Assembly (NCBI GenBank): GCA_963715335.1
Contig: CAVQRZ010000014.1
Span: 32,001 to 96,000 of the forward strand
DNA from: an uncultured delta proteobacterium
GTDB lineage: Bacteria; Desulfobacterota; Desulfuromonadia; Desulfuromonadales; BM103
DNA length: 64,000 nt
Direction of reading: 5' to 3'
Positions 14,107 to 24,571 of this stretch are shown here, one piece after another. Below the pieces are notes generated by a model. That model was not told where the DNA came from. It was given only the letters and a program-made list of their open reading frames with translations, and ran no database searches. The number at the start of each line of letters is the position of its first letter. Positions within the stretch are counted from its first letter, which is position 1. A program made the translations under genes and the position numbers.

Positions 14107-14727
14107 TCAAGTCGAGAAAGCCTTTGCTGCGCATTTCGGGGAAGAGGCTGCGATGATGGCAGAGATCAGGGCAATGCCATGTGCGCCCGCTGCCCGAACC
14201 TCGGCGGCCCTTTCCGGGGTGATGCCACCAAGCGCGAAGACCGGAAGCGGGCTGTTTCGGCAGGCATCAGCAAGGGCCTTCAAGCCCTGGGGGGCACCGT
14301 AAGCGGCTTTGGATGGAGTGGCGTAAACGGGACCGAAAGTGACGAAGTCGGCTCCCTGCTCGAAGGCTGCCCGGATCTCCTCGCTGTCGTGCGTGGAAAC
14401 CCCGATCAGCATCTCCGCACCGACCTGTCTGCGAACAAGATCTGTCGCAAGGGAACGCCCGCCGAGGTGGACACCGTCGGCTTCTACAGCAAGGGCGATA
14501 TCAACATGGTCGTTGATCAGCAGCAGGGCGTCGTACTGCCGGGTCAAGGTGCGAAGCTGCCGTGCCAGCGGCAGGAGCTGATCGGCGGGAAGATCTTTTT
14601 CACGGAGCTGGACTGCTTTGACGCCACCCTGCAGCGCAGATTCAATGGCGGACGTGAGAGAGTGCCCGGTCGCGACCTGGTGACGGTTGGTGATCAGGTA
14701 GAGATTGAAATCGACGAAACGAGACAT
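14107..14727 (-). CDS. thiE: Thiamine-phosphate synthase
   Basis: VQLREK, IND, GVHLG, GVSTH, ALGGI. Confidence 0.95.
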   Translation of the reverse strand: MSRFVDFNLYLITNRHQVATGHSLTSAIESALQGGVKAVQLREKDLPADQLLPLARQLRTLTRQYDALLLINDHVDIALAVEADGVHLGGRSLATDLVRRQVGAEMLIGVSTHDSEEIRAAFEQGADFVTFGPVYATPSKAAYGAPQGLKALADACRNSPLPVFALGGITPERAAEVRAAGAHGIALISAIIAASSPKCAAKAFST

Positions 14728-14834
14728 GGGAAATCCGAAGCGCGAGGCACGAAGTGCGAAAAAGATTTTAATCTAATCAGGCGACTAAACTATAACTGGT
14801 TGGCTCAAACATTACCTGTGTTAGCCAGTTTCTC

Positions 14835-15986
14835 TCACCTCTCACCTCTCACCTCGCTCTTCTCAATCGAATCCCGATTGAGAAAAGCATTATCCCAATC
14901 CTTCCACACCGGGTCATAACCACGCGCCCTGAGGATATCAGCAATTTCGGCCGGAGTGCGATCGTCATCGATCTTGAACTGCTCGGTAGCGGAGCCTTGT
15001 TCGGCATAACCGCCGGGGGCGGTACAGGAACCGGCACTCATCTGGGTGATGCCGAGAGGCAGCAGGTTGTCGCGCAGGTCAGCACTCTCCCGGGTGGACA
15101 GGACCAGCCCGGCGTCGTGAAGCAGGAGGCGCATGGCGCACAGCAGTTGTACGAACTGCCGGTCGGAGACCGGGTGGGGGGGCTGGAAGCCGCCTTCGGC
15201 AGGGCGCAAGCGCGGGAAAGAAACGGTCAGCAGGGTGCGCCAGTAATGATGCGCCAGGTAGCGGCCGTGCAAGCCGGCGAAGAAGGCTTCGCTGCGAAAA
15301 TTCCCCAGTCCCAGCAGGAAGCCGATACCGATCCGGCGCAGGCCCGCCGTTCCGCCCCGCTCTGGGGTCTCCAGGCGAAAGCGGTAGTCCCGCTTGCGCC
15401 CGCTCGGATGAAGCTGTGCGTAGAGCTCCTGGTTGTAAGTCTCCTGGTAGATCGTCAGGGCATCGACTCCGGCGTCAACCATTTCCCTGTAGCCATCGGT
15501 CTCCATCGGGTAGACTTCAATGCCGATCGATGAGAAAAGCGGTCTGATCCGTTTCGCCGCCGCCGCAATGAAGTCGTTGCCAATCAGGCCCGGTGCTTCA
15601 CCGGTCAGCAGCAAAATGTGACGGAAGCCTTGATCATGCAAAATCCGGGCATCTTTCTCGACCTCGTCGAGGGTCAGGGTGCGGCGCGGAATCTTGTTGT
15701 GCACCGAGAACCCGCAATAGAGACAGCTGTTGTGACACTCGTTGGAGAGATAGAGCGGCGCGTAAAGCAGCACGGTACGACCGAACCGGCGCAACGTGAT
15801 GGAGTGGGCTTTCCGAGCGATCTCTTCGAGGAACTCCTCGGCGGCCGGCGAGAGCAGGGCCATGTAGTCGCGGTTGTCGATCTGCTCCGCGGCCAGCGCC
15901 CGTTGAACATCCGTTGCGGTCATTGCCTCGATTTGGTTCATGACCAGTTGCGGATCGTATTTTTGAATGATGTCGTAGAAGCTCAT
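14835..15986 (-). CDS. thiH: 2-iminoacetate synthase (radical SAM)
   Basis: YAPLYLSNECHNSCLYCGF, YQETY, VWKDWD. Confidence 0.95.
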   Translation of the reverse strand: MSFYDIIQKYDPQLVMNQIEAMTATDVQRALAAEQIDNRDYMALLSPAAEEFLEEIARKAHSITLRRFGRTVLLYAPLYLSNECHNSCLYCGFSVHNKIPRRTLTLDEVEKDARILHDQGFRHILLLTGEAPGLIGNDFIAAAAKRIRPLFSSIGIEVYPMETDGYREMVDAGVDALTIYQETYNQELYAQLHPSGRKRDYRFRLETPERGGTAGLRRIGIGFLLGLGNFRSEAFFAGLHGRYLAHHYWRTLLTVSFPRLRPAEGGFQPPHPVSDRQFVQLLCAMRLLLHDAGLVLSTRESADLRDNLLPLGITQMSAGSCTAPGGYAEQGSATEQFKIDDDRTPAEIADILRARGYDPVWKDWDNAFLNRDSIEKSEVRGER

Positions 15987-16087
15987 AAAAATCTCTAGGG
16001 AATCAAGCATCCAGAATTCGGTATTAAGAAGAAAATCTTCAAAGCTTTTGATCCTTTGCTGAATTCTGAATACTGGCTACTGAATAC

Positions 16088-16864
16088 TTAAAGTTGTTTC
16101 CTCAAAAATCCTGTCAACGGACTGCTCGCTTCCGCCTTGTCCTGCTGTTTGCCGAGCCCGGCGAGGTAGGCTTCGCGGCCTGCTTCGACGCCTTTTCTAA
16201 AAGCGGCAGCCATGGCACCGGGGTCGCGGGCGACGGCCAGGGCGGTATTGACCAGCACGGCATCGGCGCCCATTTCCATCGCTTCCGCTGCATGGGAGGG
16301 GGCACCGAGTCCGGCATCAACCACCACAGGTACGGTGGCCTGCTCAATGATAATGGCGATGTTGTCGCGGGTCCGTAACCCCTTGTTGGTGCCGATCGGT
16401 GCGCCGAGAGGCATGACCGTTGCGGTCCCTGCTTCCTGAAGGTGTTTGGCCAGCACCGGGTCGGCGTTTATGTAGGGCAGGACGATAAAGCCTTCCTTGA
16501 CCAGGACCTCTGCGGCCTTGAGAGTTTCGATCGGGTCTGGCAACAGGTAATAGGGGTCCGGTGTGACTTCAAGCTTGATCCAGGGCTCGCAACCTGCGGC
16601 ACGGGCAATTCTGGCCAGGCGAATCGCTTCCTCGGCATCGCGTGCTCCACTGGTATTGGGCAGCAACAGGTAGCGCTTCGGGTCGATATGTTTGAGCATG
16701 CTGTCCTGGGGATTGTCGATATCCACCCGACGCATGGCCACGGTAACGATCTCGCTGCCTGAACCTTCCATAGCCGCGACCATCGCTTCGTTTGACGCAA
16801 ACTTGCCGGTGCCGACCATCAGCCGTGAGTTGAAAGAGCGTCCGGCAATTATCAGTTGATCCAT
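16088..16864 (-). CDS. thiG: Thiazole synthase
   Basis: [29 protein letters not shown]. Confidence 0.97.
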   Translation of the reverse strand: MDQLIIAGRSFNSRLMVGTGKFASNEAMVAAMEGSGSEIVTVAMRRVDIDNPQDSMLKHIDPKRYLLLPNTSGARDAEEAIRLARIARAAGCEPWIKLEVTPDPYYLLPDPIETLKAAEVLVKEGFIVLPYINADPVLAKHLQEAGTATVMPLGAPIGTNKGLRTRDNIAIIIEQATVPVVVDAGLGAPSHAAEAMEMGADAVLVNTALAVARDPGAMAAAFRKGVEAGREAYLAGLGKQQDKAEASSPLTGFLRKQL

Positions 16865-16900
16865 TGTTAAATTCCTTGGGAATGATGGAGTGTTCAGGTG

Positions 16901-16946
16901 CCAGTATTCAGAATCCAGAATCCAGAATCCAGAATCCAGAATCCAG
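16901..16946. repeat. Heptamer tandem array (CCAGAAT)4 plus degenerate units
   Basis: Read directly; related arrays at 16005-16087, 17183-17262, 61898-62006. Confidence 0.9.
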
Positions 16947-16964
16947 GAATTCTCGTTTTAAGTT

Positions 16965-17165
16965 TTATCCCCCCCCGACAAAGTGGATGACTTCCAGGGT
17001 GTCGCCGTCTTTCAAGGCGGTTTCCGCCAATCGCTGGCGCGGGATAATCTGGTGATTATGTTCCACCACGACCTGCAGGCAATCCAACCGCAGCTGATCG
17101 AGCACTTCCTGTATGGAGGTGCCGGCCATCAGTTTGCGCGGTTTGCCGTTGAAGAGGATATCCAT
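16965..17165 (-). CDS. thiS: Sulfur carrier protein ThiS
   Basis: 66 aa, ends EVIHFVGGG. Confidence 0.95.
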   Translation of the reverse strand: MDILFNGKPRKLMAGTSIQEVLDQLRLDCLQVVVEHNHQIIPRQRLAETALKDGDTLEVIHFVGGG

Positions 17166-17267
17166 TGATTGAAAACCTTTGGTATTCAGTAGCCAGTATC
17201 CAGAATTTAAGGAGAGAGTCGAAGGATGGTTATTCATCCCTTCTGGGTACTGGATACTGACGTATGA

Positions 17268-18080
17268 TTAATTTTCCTCCGGGGCTTGACCCAGCAACAG
17301 ACGTAACACGGCGTTGGCCTGGTGATGCGCGGCGACCCCTACCCGGGGGGCCATCAGGCCTGTTCCGGGCGCCGCCGCGGTACTGCCGTCGCCGCAGAGG
17401 TAGAGATTGTTCCCGACTCTTTGCGTTATGATGGTGTTGGCAGGGCCGAAACCTGCCATGCCGGAGCCGGTCACAATCGGTCGGTCCGGGAAACGGGTAG
17501 CGAATGTCTCGACCAGCATGACTTTCTGGTCCGCCAGATCGAAGGCCTCGGCCAGGACCTGGGCATGGCCGAAGACTTCCTTGATGTTGGCGGGAGTCAG
17601 ACGCAGGTGGCAGGCCGTGACCCGCACATAGGGGTTGATGCGGGCCAGGGTATCGCGCAGGGCGTAGACCTTGGGTAGCCCGATCTGGTCGACGAAGTAT
17701 TGCTGGCGATTCAGATTGGAAGGCTCGACGACATCGAAGTCGGCAATGATCAGGTGACCGACACCGGTGCGGGCCAGCGCGATCGCAATCGCCGAGCCGA
17801 GACCGCCGACTCCGGCAATCCCGATCGTGGCGCCCTTGACAGCCTGGTGGACCCCCGGGGTATGCCGTGCGGTCAACAGGGCGTCAAGTTCATCAGCGCC
17901 AGGAACCTCACCGCGCCGGATCAGGACCACCTGGTCGCCGTTGTTCAGGACCGCCTCTGCGGAAGCCGGGAAACCGTTGACGATGATCAGGTCGGCGTCC
18001 GCCTTGATGCGATCCCTGAGCGAACCGGCGGTTTCATTTTCCCGGGCAGTATGCTTCTGCTCGTTGACTGTAATCTGCAT
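17268..18080 (-). CDS. thiF: ThiS adenylyltransferase ThiF with N-terminal ubiquitin-like domain
   Basis: GVGGLGS, DFDVVEPSNLNRQ; N-terminal MQITVNE..IVNGFP domain. Confidence 0.9.
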   Translation of the reverse strand: MQITVNEQKHTARENETAGSLRDRIKADADLIIVNGFPASAEAVLNNGDQVVLIRRGEVPGADELDALLTARHTPGVHQAVKGATIGIAGVGGLGSAIAIALARTGVGHLIIADFDVVEPSNLNRQQYFVDQIGLPKVYALRDTLARINPYVRVTACHLRLTPANIKEVFGHAQVLAEAFDLADQKVMLVETFATRFPDRPIVTGSGMAGFGPANTIITQRVGNNLYLCGDGSTAAAPGTGLMAPRVGVAAHHQANAVLRLLLGQAPEEN

Positions 18081-18137
18081 AGGCCACAATCTTCAGTTAA
18101 CGCAAAGGGTCAACTTGGTGCAGGTTGCTCTCTCTGC

Positions 18138-18170
18138 AAAACAAAAAGAGCCGCATAGGACGGCTCTTTC
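18138..18170 (-). terminator. Terminator in riboswitch expression platform
   Basis: Minus strand AAAGAGCCG-TCCTATG-CGGCTCTTT followed by TTGTTTT. Confidence 0.75.
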
Positions 18171-18189
18171 CGGTAGATATCCGAAATTT

Positions 18190-18285
18190 GCGCCGCTTCC
18201 CTACGCCGGTATAACCCGGATCAGGTTCAAGGGGTCGTCTGCCGTGCAGACTCTCAGTAGTCGCTACTCCCCCAGGGCGTGTTGC
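18190..18285 (-). ncRNA. TPP riboswitch
   Basis: Minus strand GGGGAG..CTGAGAG..GACCCCTTGAACCTGATCCGGGTTATACCGGCGTAGGGAAG, upstream of thi operon. Confidence 0.95.
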
Positions 18286-18302
18286 TTGCTCTGTACCAAT
18301 GA

Positions 18303-18332
18303 AGATTAACAGGCGGCTTTAACCGCAGTCAA
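18303..18332 (-). promoter_or_regulatory. Putative sigma70 promoter of thi leader
   Basis: TTGACT-N18-TAATCT just upstream of the aptamer. Confidence 0.5.
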
Positions 18333-18434
18333 CAGGAAAGCCGCCTTTTCGGTTGTCACGATGAAAAGCTTCGACTAGGATGGAATCTTTCCAGGTCTTT
18401 CGGGTTGTCTCAACAGTTATGAAAGGATCCACCA

Positions 18435-18752
18435 ATGAGTATTTCCACCCGCTTCCGGGATATCTCGCGGGACGTTGCGGATTTCCATGAAAGCCTGGCC
18501 AGCCAAACCGGGTCTCCGTCCAAAGGTGTGCGGGATGTCAAAAAGGCCAGCAACGGGCTTGCCGAATGGGCAGAACAGGTCGGAGAGGTCCCCCGCATGA
18601 GCCTTGAATACAAGCTGACACCGATCCTGCTGAAAGCCCACAACGACCTGGACCGGGCCCGGTTGAGCTTCGAGGAAGAAGACCTTGATGAATCGGTAGC
18701 GAAAGCCTGGGAGCTACAGCAGAAAATTTATCGATTGCTGAATGATCTTTGA
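18435..18752 (+). CDS. Hypothetical helical protein
   Basis: 105-aa ORF with RBS-like AAGGA; no family recognised. Confidence 0.7.
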   Translation: MSISTRFRDISRDVADFHESLASQTGSPSKGVRDVKKASNGLAEWAEQVGEVPRMSLEYKLTPILLKAHNDLDRARLSFEEEDLDESVAKAWELQQKIYRLLNDL

Positions 18753-18847
18753 AACACATTGGTGCGAAGTGTGTCGCGCGTGGCGCGTGGCGCGAAAAAG
18801 ATAAAAATCTTGACGGCCCTTTACGGATTTCCAGCCTTTCCCCGCCC

Positions 18848-20332
18848 TTAGCCCCGTAATTTTTCAATCGCTTCCCGCCACTGCCTCAGTACCGTTTCCC
18901 GCCAACCATCCTCAGCCTGTGGTTCGAAGCATCGCTCTTCCTTCCAGCTGTTTGCCAGCTCTTCGGTACCATTCCAGAACCCGGTTGCCAGACCGGCGAG
19001 CATTGCTGCGCCGAGAGCTGTGGTCTCGACGGTTTCCGGCCTCGATACGGGCCGTCCGATCAGGTCGGCCTGCATCTGCATCAGCAAGTCGTTAGCCGCA
19101 GCACCGCCATCAACCTTGAGAATTGAACCCGGCTCGCCACGATCATCCGCCATCGCCATTACCAGATCGTGAATTTGCAAAGCGATCCCTTCAAGGGTTG
19201 CGCGGGCCAGGTGGGCTGCGGTTGTTCCACGGGTCAGGCCGGTAATCTGTCCGCGTGCTTCACTTTGCCAGTGAGGCGCGCCCATGCCGGTCAGGGCCGG
19301 GACAAAGACCACGCCGTCACTACTCTTGACTTGTCTTGCCAGGTCTTCGATCTCGTGAGAGGTCTCAATAATACCGAGGCCGTCGCGCAGCCATTGCACG
19401 GCCGCTCCGGCGATGAAAGCGCTGCCCTCCAGGGCGTAGCTGGTGTGACCGTCAAGTTGCCAGGCGACCGTGGTCAGCAGGCCGTGTTTGCTTCGCAATG
19501 GCTTCGGGCCGATATTCTCGAGGATGAACGCCCCGGTCCCGTAGGTGCATTTTGTCTGTCCCGGGACAAAGCAGGCCTGGCCGAAGAGCGCTGCCTGTTG
19601 GTCGCCGGCCATGCCGGCAATCGGAATCCCGTCCGGCAGAAAGTCGAGACCGCTGGTCCTGCCGTAGATTTGTGATGAAGGGACGATCTCCGGCAACAAG
19701 GCCCTTGGTACCTTGAGGGGCTCAAGCAGCATATCGCTCCAGGCGAGGGATTCAATGTCCATCATGAGGGTCCGTGAGGCATTGGAGACATCAGTGACGT
19801 GGGTTTTGCCCCCGGTCAGGCGCCAGACCATAAAGCTGTCGATGGTCCCGAAGGCCAGCTGCCCTGCCTCGGCTTGCGCTCGTGTCCCGGCCGATTCATC
19901 GAGCATCCAGGTCAGCTTGGTCCCGGAAAAGTAGGGGTCGAGGACCAGGCCGGTGTGGTGGCGATAGGTTTCTTCCATCCCTTGTTTTTTGAGATTCTGA
20001 CAGATTTCCGCAGTGCGCCGGCATTGCCAGACTATGGCGTTGCCGACCGGACGGCTGTTTTTGCGTTCCCACAGAAGTGTCGTTTCACGCTGATTGGTGA
20101 TGCCGATCGCCTGGATCTGACCGGTGGAGGTCGCTGTCGACTCAAGCAGGTCGAGAACGGCCTTGCGCGTCGAAACCCAGATCTCCTCCGGGTCGTGCTC
20201 AACCCACCCAGGCCGTGGAAAATGCTGTGTAAAATCGATGGTTTGACGCCCATGGATGCGCAGGTCATGGCCAACCAGCAAAGCCGTTGTCCCGGTTGTC
20301 CCTTGGTCAATCGCAAGAATATATGCCGTCAT
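18848..20332 (-). CDS. glpK: Glycerol kinase
   Basis: AIDQGTTG, GITNQRET, GDQQAALFGQ, KCTYGTG. Confidence 0.97.
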   Translation of the reverse strand: MTAYILAIDQGTTGTTALLVGHDLRIHGRQTIDFTQHFPRPGWVEHDPEEIWVSTRKAVLDLLESTATSTGQIQAIGITNQRETTLLWERKNSRPVGNAIVWQCRRTAEICQNLKKQGMEETYRHHTGLVLDPYFSGTKLTWMLDESAGTRAQAEAGQLAFGTIDSFMVWRLTGGKTHVTDVSNASRTLMMDIESLAWSDMLLEPLKVPRALLPEIVPSSQIYGRTSGLDFLPDGIPIAGMAGDQQAALFGQACFVPGQTKCTYGTGAFILENIGPKPLRSKHGLLTTVAWQLDGHTSYALEGSAFIAGAAVQWLRDGLGIIETSHEIEDLARQVKSSDGVVFVPALTGMGAPHWQSEARGQITGLTRGTTAAHLARATLEGIALQIHDLVMAMADDRGEPGSILKVDGGAAANDLLMQMQADLIGRPVSRPETVETTALGAAMLAGLATGFWNGTEELANSWKEERCFEPQAEDGWRETVLRQWREAIEKLRG

Positions 20333-20519
20333 GCCACCTTCCTGTTTCCCCCATTTTGCCGTTCCAGTGAAATACCGACCTGCTCAAGTCAGTATAAGAT
20401 TCCCTGCAAAACAGTCAAGGTGTTATGATTGCAGGTATTTTCACCAGCGATTCGGTGCGTTGCATCATGCTGGCCACAGTCTGATATCGGCAAACAATTT
20501 TGAAAGGCGGAATCATATC

Positions 20520-20822
20520 ATGGAAGGAAAAAAGCCGCAGGAAGTCAAACTCGAGATCCAGCTTGATGAAGAAGTCGCACAGGGCGCATACGTCAATCTT
20601 GCTGTCGTCAACCATAACGAATCGGAGTTCGTCATCGACCTGATCTTTGTTCAGCCCCAGGCGCGACGGGCCAAGGTCCGCTCCAGGGTGATTCTTTCTC
20701 CGCAGCACGCGAAGCGTTTTGCCGCTGCCGTGCAGGAGAACATCGGTCGCTATGAACAGAACTTCGGCGAGATCAAGTCGACCCAGCAGGTCGTCGATGA
20801 ATCCGCGGGGCATTATCACTAG
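20520..20822 (+). CDS. DUF3467 family protein
   Basis: GAYVNLAVVNH..EFVIDL..RVILSPQHAKR. Confidence 0.85.
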   Translation: MEGKKPQEVKLEIQLDEEVAQGAYVNLAVVNHNESEFVIDLIFVQPQARRAKVRSRVILSPQHAKRFAAAVQENIGRYEQNFGEIKSTQQVVDESAGHYH

Positions 20823-21044
20823 TGAGGTGCATGTGCCGTTACGCGCCCGCCCGCCGGTTTTCATCGTGAATTCGAGCAGGATGTGCGGTTGCGCTTTGGG
20901 GCGTCTGCCTTTAAACTGAACGGGTGATGATTTCGGCCCTGGCCCGACTGGTCAACGGGCCGGGCGGCGCGATCGCTGCAGGGATAATGCAAAAACTCGC
21001 AATAGGCAAGTGTTGTAGGCTGCTCCGGGGAGTTTGGCTGACAG

Positions 21045-21965
21045 ATGTTGACCCATATCGATCGCCGCACCTTTATTCGCCGTACCGTGCAGGCGGCAAT
21101 CGCAGTTGCCGCGGGTGGTTTGCCTGCGCTCGACCTGTTGCATCTGCCCGCACAGGCCGGACAAGCCCCGCTGCTGGCGGTGCGCAAGGGACAGGATATC
21201 CCGCTCTTGGTGCGTGAGACGATCAGTGCTCTGGGGGGGATGGGAAACTTTGTCAAGCAGGGCGAAGTCGTTGTCGTCAAGCCGAATATCGGCTGGGACC
21301 GCACCGTGGAACTGGCGGCTAATACCCATCCCGATGTTGTCAAGACTCTCGTGCAGCTCTGTCTCGAGGTCGGCGCCAAACAGGTTCGCATCTTTGATCG
21401 CACCTGTAACGATGAGCGGCGATGCTACACGCAGAGCGGGATACGCTCTGCCGTGGAGTCGATCCGGTCGGACCGCGTCAGCCTCGAATACATCGATAGC
21501 CGTGCCTTTAAAGAGCTGGCCATCCGTAGCGGCCAGGCGTTTGATCGATGGGAGTTCTATATGCCGGTGATCGAGGCCGACCGGCTGATCAATGTGCCGA
21601 TTGCCAAGCACCACTCGATTTCACGACTGACCCTCGGCATGAAGAATCTGATGGGAGTGATCGGCGGCAACCGCGGTCGGCTGCACCACAACATTGCCGA
21701 ATCTCTTTCTGATATCGCCTCGGTCATCCACTCCGACCTGACCGTAGTCGACGCCACCCGGATTCTGACGGCCAACGGCCCGCAGGGTGGGCGGCTCCAG
21801 GACGTCATGAACCTGGACACCCTGATTGCCTCCCCGGATATTGTTGCCGCCGATGCCTATGCCACGACTCTTTTCGGACTCAGCCCGGAACAGGTGCCGA
21901 CGGTGGTTGCGGCAGCCAAAAGGGGCCTGGGGGTCATGGACCTCAAACAGGTCAGAATGGTTTGA
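21045..21965 (+). CDS. DUF362 protein with Tat signal
   Basis: DRRTFI Tat motif, VVVKPNIGWD, INVPIAKHH, LGMKNLMG. Confidence 0.9.
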   Translation: MLTHIDRRTFIRRTVQAAIAVAAGGLPALDLLHLPAQAGQAPLLAVRKGQDIPLLVRETISALGGMGNFVKQGEVVVVKPNIGWDRTVELAANTHPDVVKTLVQLCLEVGAKQVRIFDRTCNDERRCYTQSGIRSAVESIRSDRVSLEYIDSRAFKELAIRSGQAFDRWEFYMPVIEADRLINVPIAKHHSISRLTLGMKNLMGVIGGNRGRLHHNIAESLSDIASVIHSDLTVVDATRILTANGPQGGRLQDVMNLDTLIASPDIVAADAYATTLFGLSPEQVPTVVAAAKRGLGVMDLKQVRMV

Positions 21966-23521
21966 AACAATCCTCTTGGACATATGCCCGCCGGTTCAGC
22001 CAGAGCTTCTGCCTGGCCGTCTTCCTCTGGTTGTTCCTGCAGACCGAGTACCGTGGGATCGACCAGTTGCCCTATCCGGTCAGTCTGCTGTTTCGGATCG
22101 ACCCGCTTGCGGCGCTGGCAGATTTCCTTGCGCCTGGACCCTTTGGCTGGAGCATCCTCTGGCCGGCACTGGTCGTGTTGCTTCTGACCTCCCTGTTCGG
22201 GCGTTTCTTCTGTGGCTGGATCTGTCCGCTCGGCGCCACTCTCGACGGCCTCGGCAGGCTGGTCGGACGCGGCCGGCGGGCTTTTTCACCAGGCTGGCGG
22301 CGCGTCAAATATTACCTGCTGATCGCTCTGGGTGCGGCAACCCTCTTCGGTGTGCAGCTGCTCGGCCTGTTTGACCCGCTGGCGATTTTCCTGAGATCGC
22401 TGACCCTGGCGGTCTATCCGGCTTACAACTACGGCCTGAACCGGACCTTCGACTTTTTCTACGCAAACGATGTGCCGCTGGCATCGTCCGTAGCCAAGAA
22501 TTCCTACCCTCTGTTTCGTGATTACCTCATGGCGTTTCATCAGCCGGTCTTTGCTCTGGGTCTATTTACCTTCCTGATCTTCCTGACGATCGTGCTCCTG
22601 GAACGGGTCGAGCACCGTTTCTGGTGCAAGAACCTCTGCCCGCTGGGAGGACTGCTCGGGATCTGTTCGCGCTATGCCATTCTGCAGCGCACACCGCAAA
22701 AACTTTGTGTCGATTGTCAGACCTGCGATAGCCTCTGCCGCTCCGGAGCTGTTCGCGGCGAGGGCCTGATGCGTAGTGAATGTCTCCTCTGCATGGACTG
22801 CACAGGCTACTGCCCGGCGGAACGGGTGACGTTCGGACTGCGTCGCGGTGCTGCGCATGACCCGGGAATCGATCTGCAGCGTCGAGGTGTGCTGACCGCC
22901 ATGGCCAGTGGCATCATGGTCGCCCCTGTGGTACGTATCGGACCGCTCACCCATGAACAGAACCCCTATCTGATCCGGCCGCCGGGGGCGGTGGCGGAAG
23001 AGGAGTTCCTGCAGCGCTGCGTCCGTTGCGCAGAATGCATGAAGGTCTGTATCGGGCGCACCCTGCAACCGGCTCTGCTCGAGGCTGGACCGGTGGGCTT
23101 GTGGACGCCGCTGGTGGTGCCACGGATCGGTTATTGTGAGTACAACTGCACCCTGTGCGGCCAGGTTTGTCCGACCGGTGCGATCGCACCGTTGAAACTG
23201 GCCGAGAAACAGAAGAACGTGATCGGTCTTGCCGTAATCAGGAAAGACCGCTGTCTGCCTTTTGCCAAGGGGACAGAGTGTCTGGTTTGCGAGGAACATT
23301 GTCCGACCGGTGAAAAGGCGATAGTCATGGAAGCACAGGATATTATTGTCGATGGCAAGACGCGCCGGCTCAAGCTGCCCAGGGTGGTTGACAAGCTCTG
23401 TATCGGTTGCGGGATCTGCGAGACCAAGTGCCCGGTGGAAGGTGCCAGTGCTATCCGGATTATCAACGAAGGGGAGAGCCGCCGCAAACGTACCGAACTG
23501 CTGGCCGGCCCTTACGGGTAG
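21962..23521 (+). CDS. Membrane polyferredoxin (NapH-like plus NapG/MauM-like 4Fe-4S domains)
   Basis: FFCGWICPLG, WCKNLCPLG, RPPGA, several CxxCxxCxxxCP motifs. Confidence 0.88.
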   Translation: MKQSSWTYARRFSQSFCLAVFLWLFLQTEYRGIDQLPYPVSLLFRIDPLAALADFLAPGPFGWSILWPALVVLLLTSLFGRFFCGWICPLGATLDGLGRLVGRGRRAFSPGWRRVKYYLLIALGAATLFGVQLLGLFDPLAIFLRSLTLAVYPAYNYGLNRTFDFFYANDVPLASSVAKNSYPLFRDYLMAFHQPVFALGLFTFLIFLTIVLLERVEHRFWCKNLCPLGGLLGICSRYAILQRTPQKLCVDCQTCDSLCRSGAVRGEGLMRSECLLCMDCTGYCPAERVTFGLRRGAAHDPGIDLQRRGVLTAMASGIMVAPVVRIGPLTHEQNPYLIRPPGAVAEEEFLQRCVRCAECMKVCIGRTLQPALLEAGPVGLWTPLVVPRIGYCEYNCTLCGQVCPTGAIAPLKLAEKQKNVIGLAVIRKDRCLPFAKGTECLVCEEHCPTGEKAIVMEAQDIIVDGKTRRLKLPRVVDKLCIGCGICETKCPVEGASAIRIINEGESRRKRTELLAGPYG

Positions 23522-23525
23522 CACT

Positions 23526-24167
23526 GTGCGCACTTTTCTTATGCTTTTAGCGGCCCTGTCTCTGTCTGCTCCGGTCTCTGCCGGGGCCGACAAAATCAGT
23601 TTTGGAAGTTTTTCCAGCTCCGGACTAAAAGGGTGGACGACGAAAATTTTCAAAGGTGAAACGGATTACCGGATCGTCGAGGATGACCGGCAGAAGGTGC
23701 TGCAGGCTAAAAGTCAGGCTGCGGCCTCGGGGCTGGTTTTTGAGACAGAGTATGACCCAACCGAATATCCCGTACTGTCATGGCGGTGGAAAATTGACCA
23801 CATTCTCTCCAAGGGCGACAGCCGCACCAAGTCCGGTGATGATTATGCCGCCCGTATCTATGTGATCTTCCCTCACTGGTTTTTCCCAAAGAGCAAAACA
23901 CTCAACTACATATGGGCCAACCGCCTGCCCGAAGGGGCCATCCAGCCAAATGCATTCACCAGCAACGCCATGATGATCGCTGTCGAGAGCGGAGATGAAA
24001 AGGCCGGTCAATGGATCTCCGTGCAACGCAATATTGTCGACGACTATCGCCGGGCTTTCGGCGAGGAGCCACCAAGAGTTGGCGCGATTGCGATCATGAC
24101 CGATACTGACAATACCGGAGAGTCGGCAACTGCCTGGTACGGTGACATAGAAGCCCGTCGTCGATAA
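23526..24167 (+). CDS. DUF3047 exported protein
   Basis: Signal peptide, LSWRWK, DDYAARIYV, LNYIWAN, MTDTDNT. Confidence 0.85.
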   Translation: MRTFLMLLAALSLSAPVSAGADKISFGSFSSSGLKGWTTKIFKGETDYRIVEDDRQKVLQAKSQAAASGLVFETEYDPTEYPVLSWRWKIDHILSKGDSRTKSGDDYAARIYVIFPHWFFPKSKTLNYIWANRLPEGAIQPNAFTSNAMMIAVESGDEKAGQWISVQRNIVDDYRRAFGEEPPRVGAIAIMTDTDNTGESATAWYGDIEARRR

Positions 24168-24294
24168 ATATTTTCGCGCACCGGTTTTTTTCTTTGCCTG
24201 ACGCCCTGCAAAAGCAAGCATTTCTGTTGTTTGACGTTATAATTGAAAGCCAAATCAACAGCTCACGCCGGAAGTTTGGTGTAAGGGAGGTCCT

Positions 24295-24480
24295 ATGTCT
24301 CTGGTGAGAACCTGGTATACCCCGGAAGCGGCAGCAGACAAGTTCGGCATTAAACTCGCCCAGTTGATGGAGTGGGTGGAGGAAGGGTTGGTGCGTGCGG
24401 AAAAGGAAGCTGACAAGGTCGTACAGGTCAATATCGATGATGTGCGCATCGAGGTTGAGGCGATGGTTGGGCGTTCCTGA
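24295..24480 (+). CDS. Small MerR/excisionase-like HTH protein
   Basis: TWYTPEAAADKFGI..WVEEGLV; GGAGG RBS. Confidence 0.7.
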   Translation: MSLVRTWYTPEAAADKFGIKLAQLMEWVEEGLVRAEKEADKVVQVNIDDVRIEVEAMVGRS

Positions 24481-24571
24481 CCTTCGCGAACTGATCGCCG
24501 GAAAAAAGCGGGCAGGGTTCCTCTGCCTTCTCAGGCTGCTGGCAATGTTCAGCCTGCATTCATCATAGAAA

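Noticed and set aside
24295..24480. MerR-like protein as a mercury regulator of hgcB
   Set aside because: It has no cysteines or sensor domain; the similarity is to the HTH fold only
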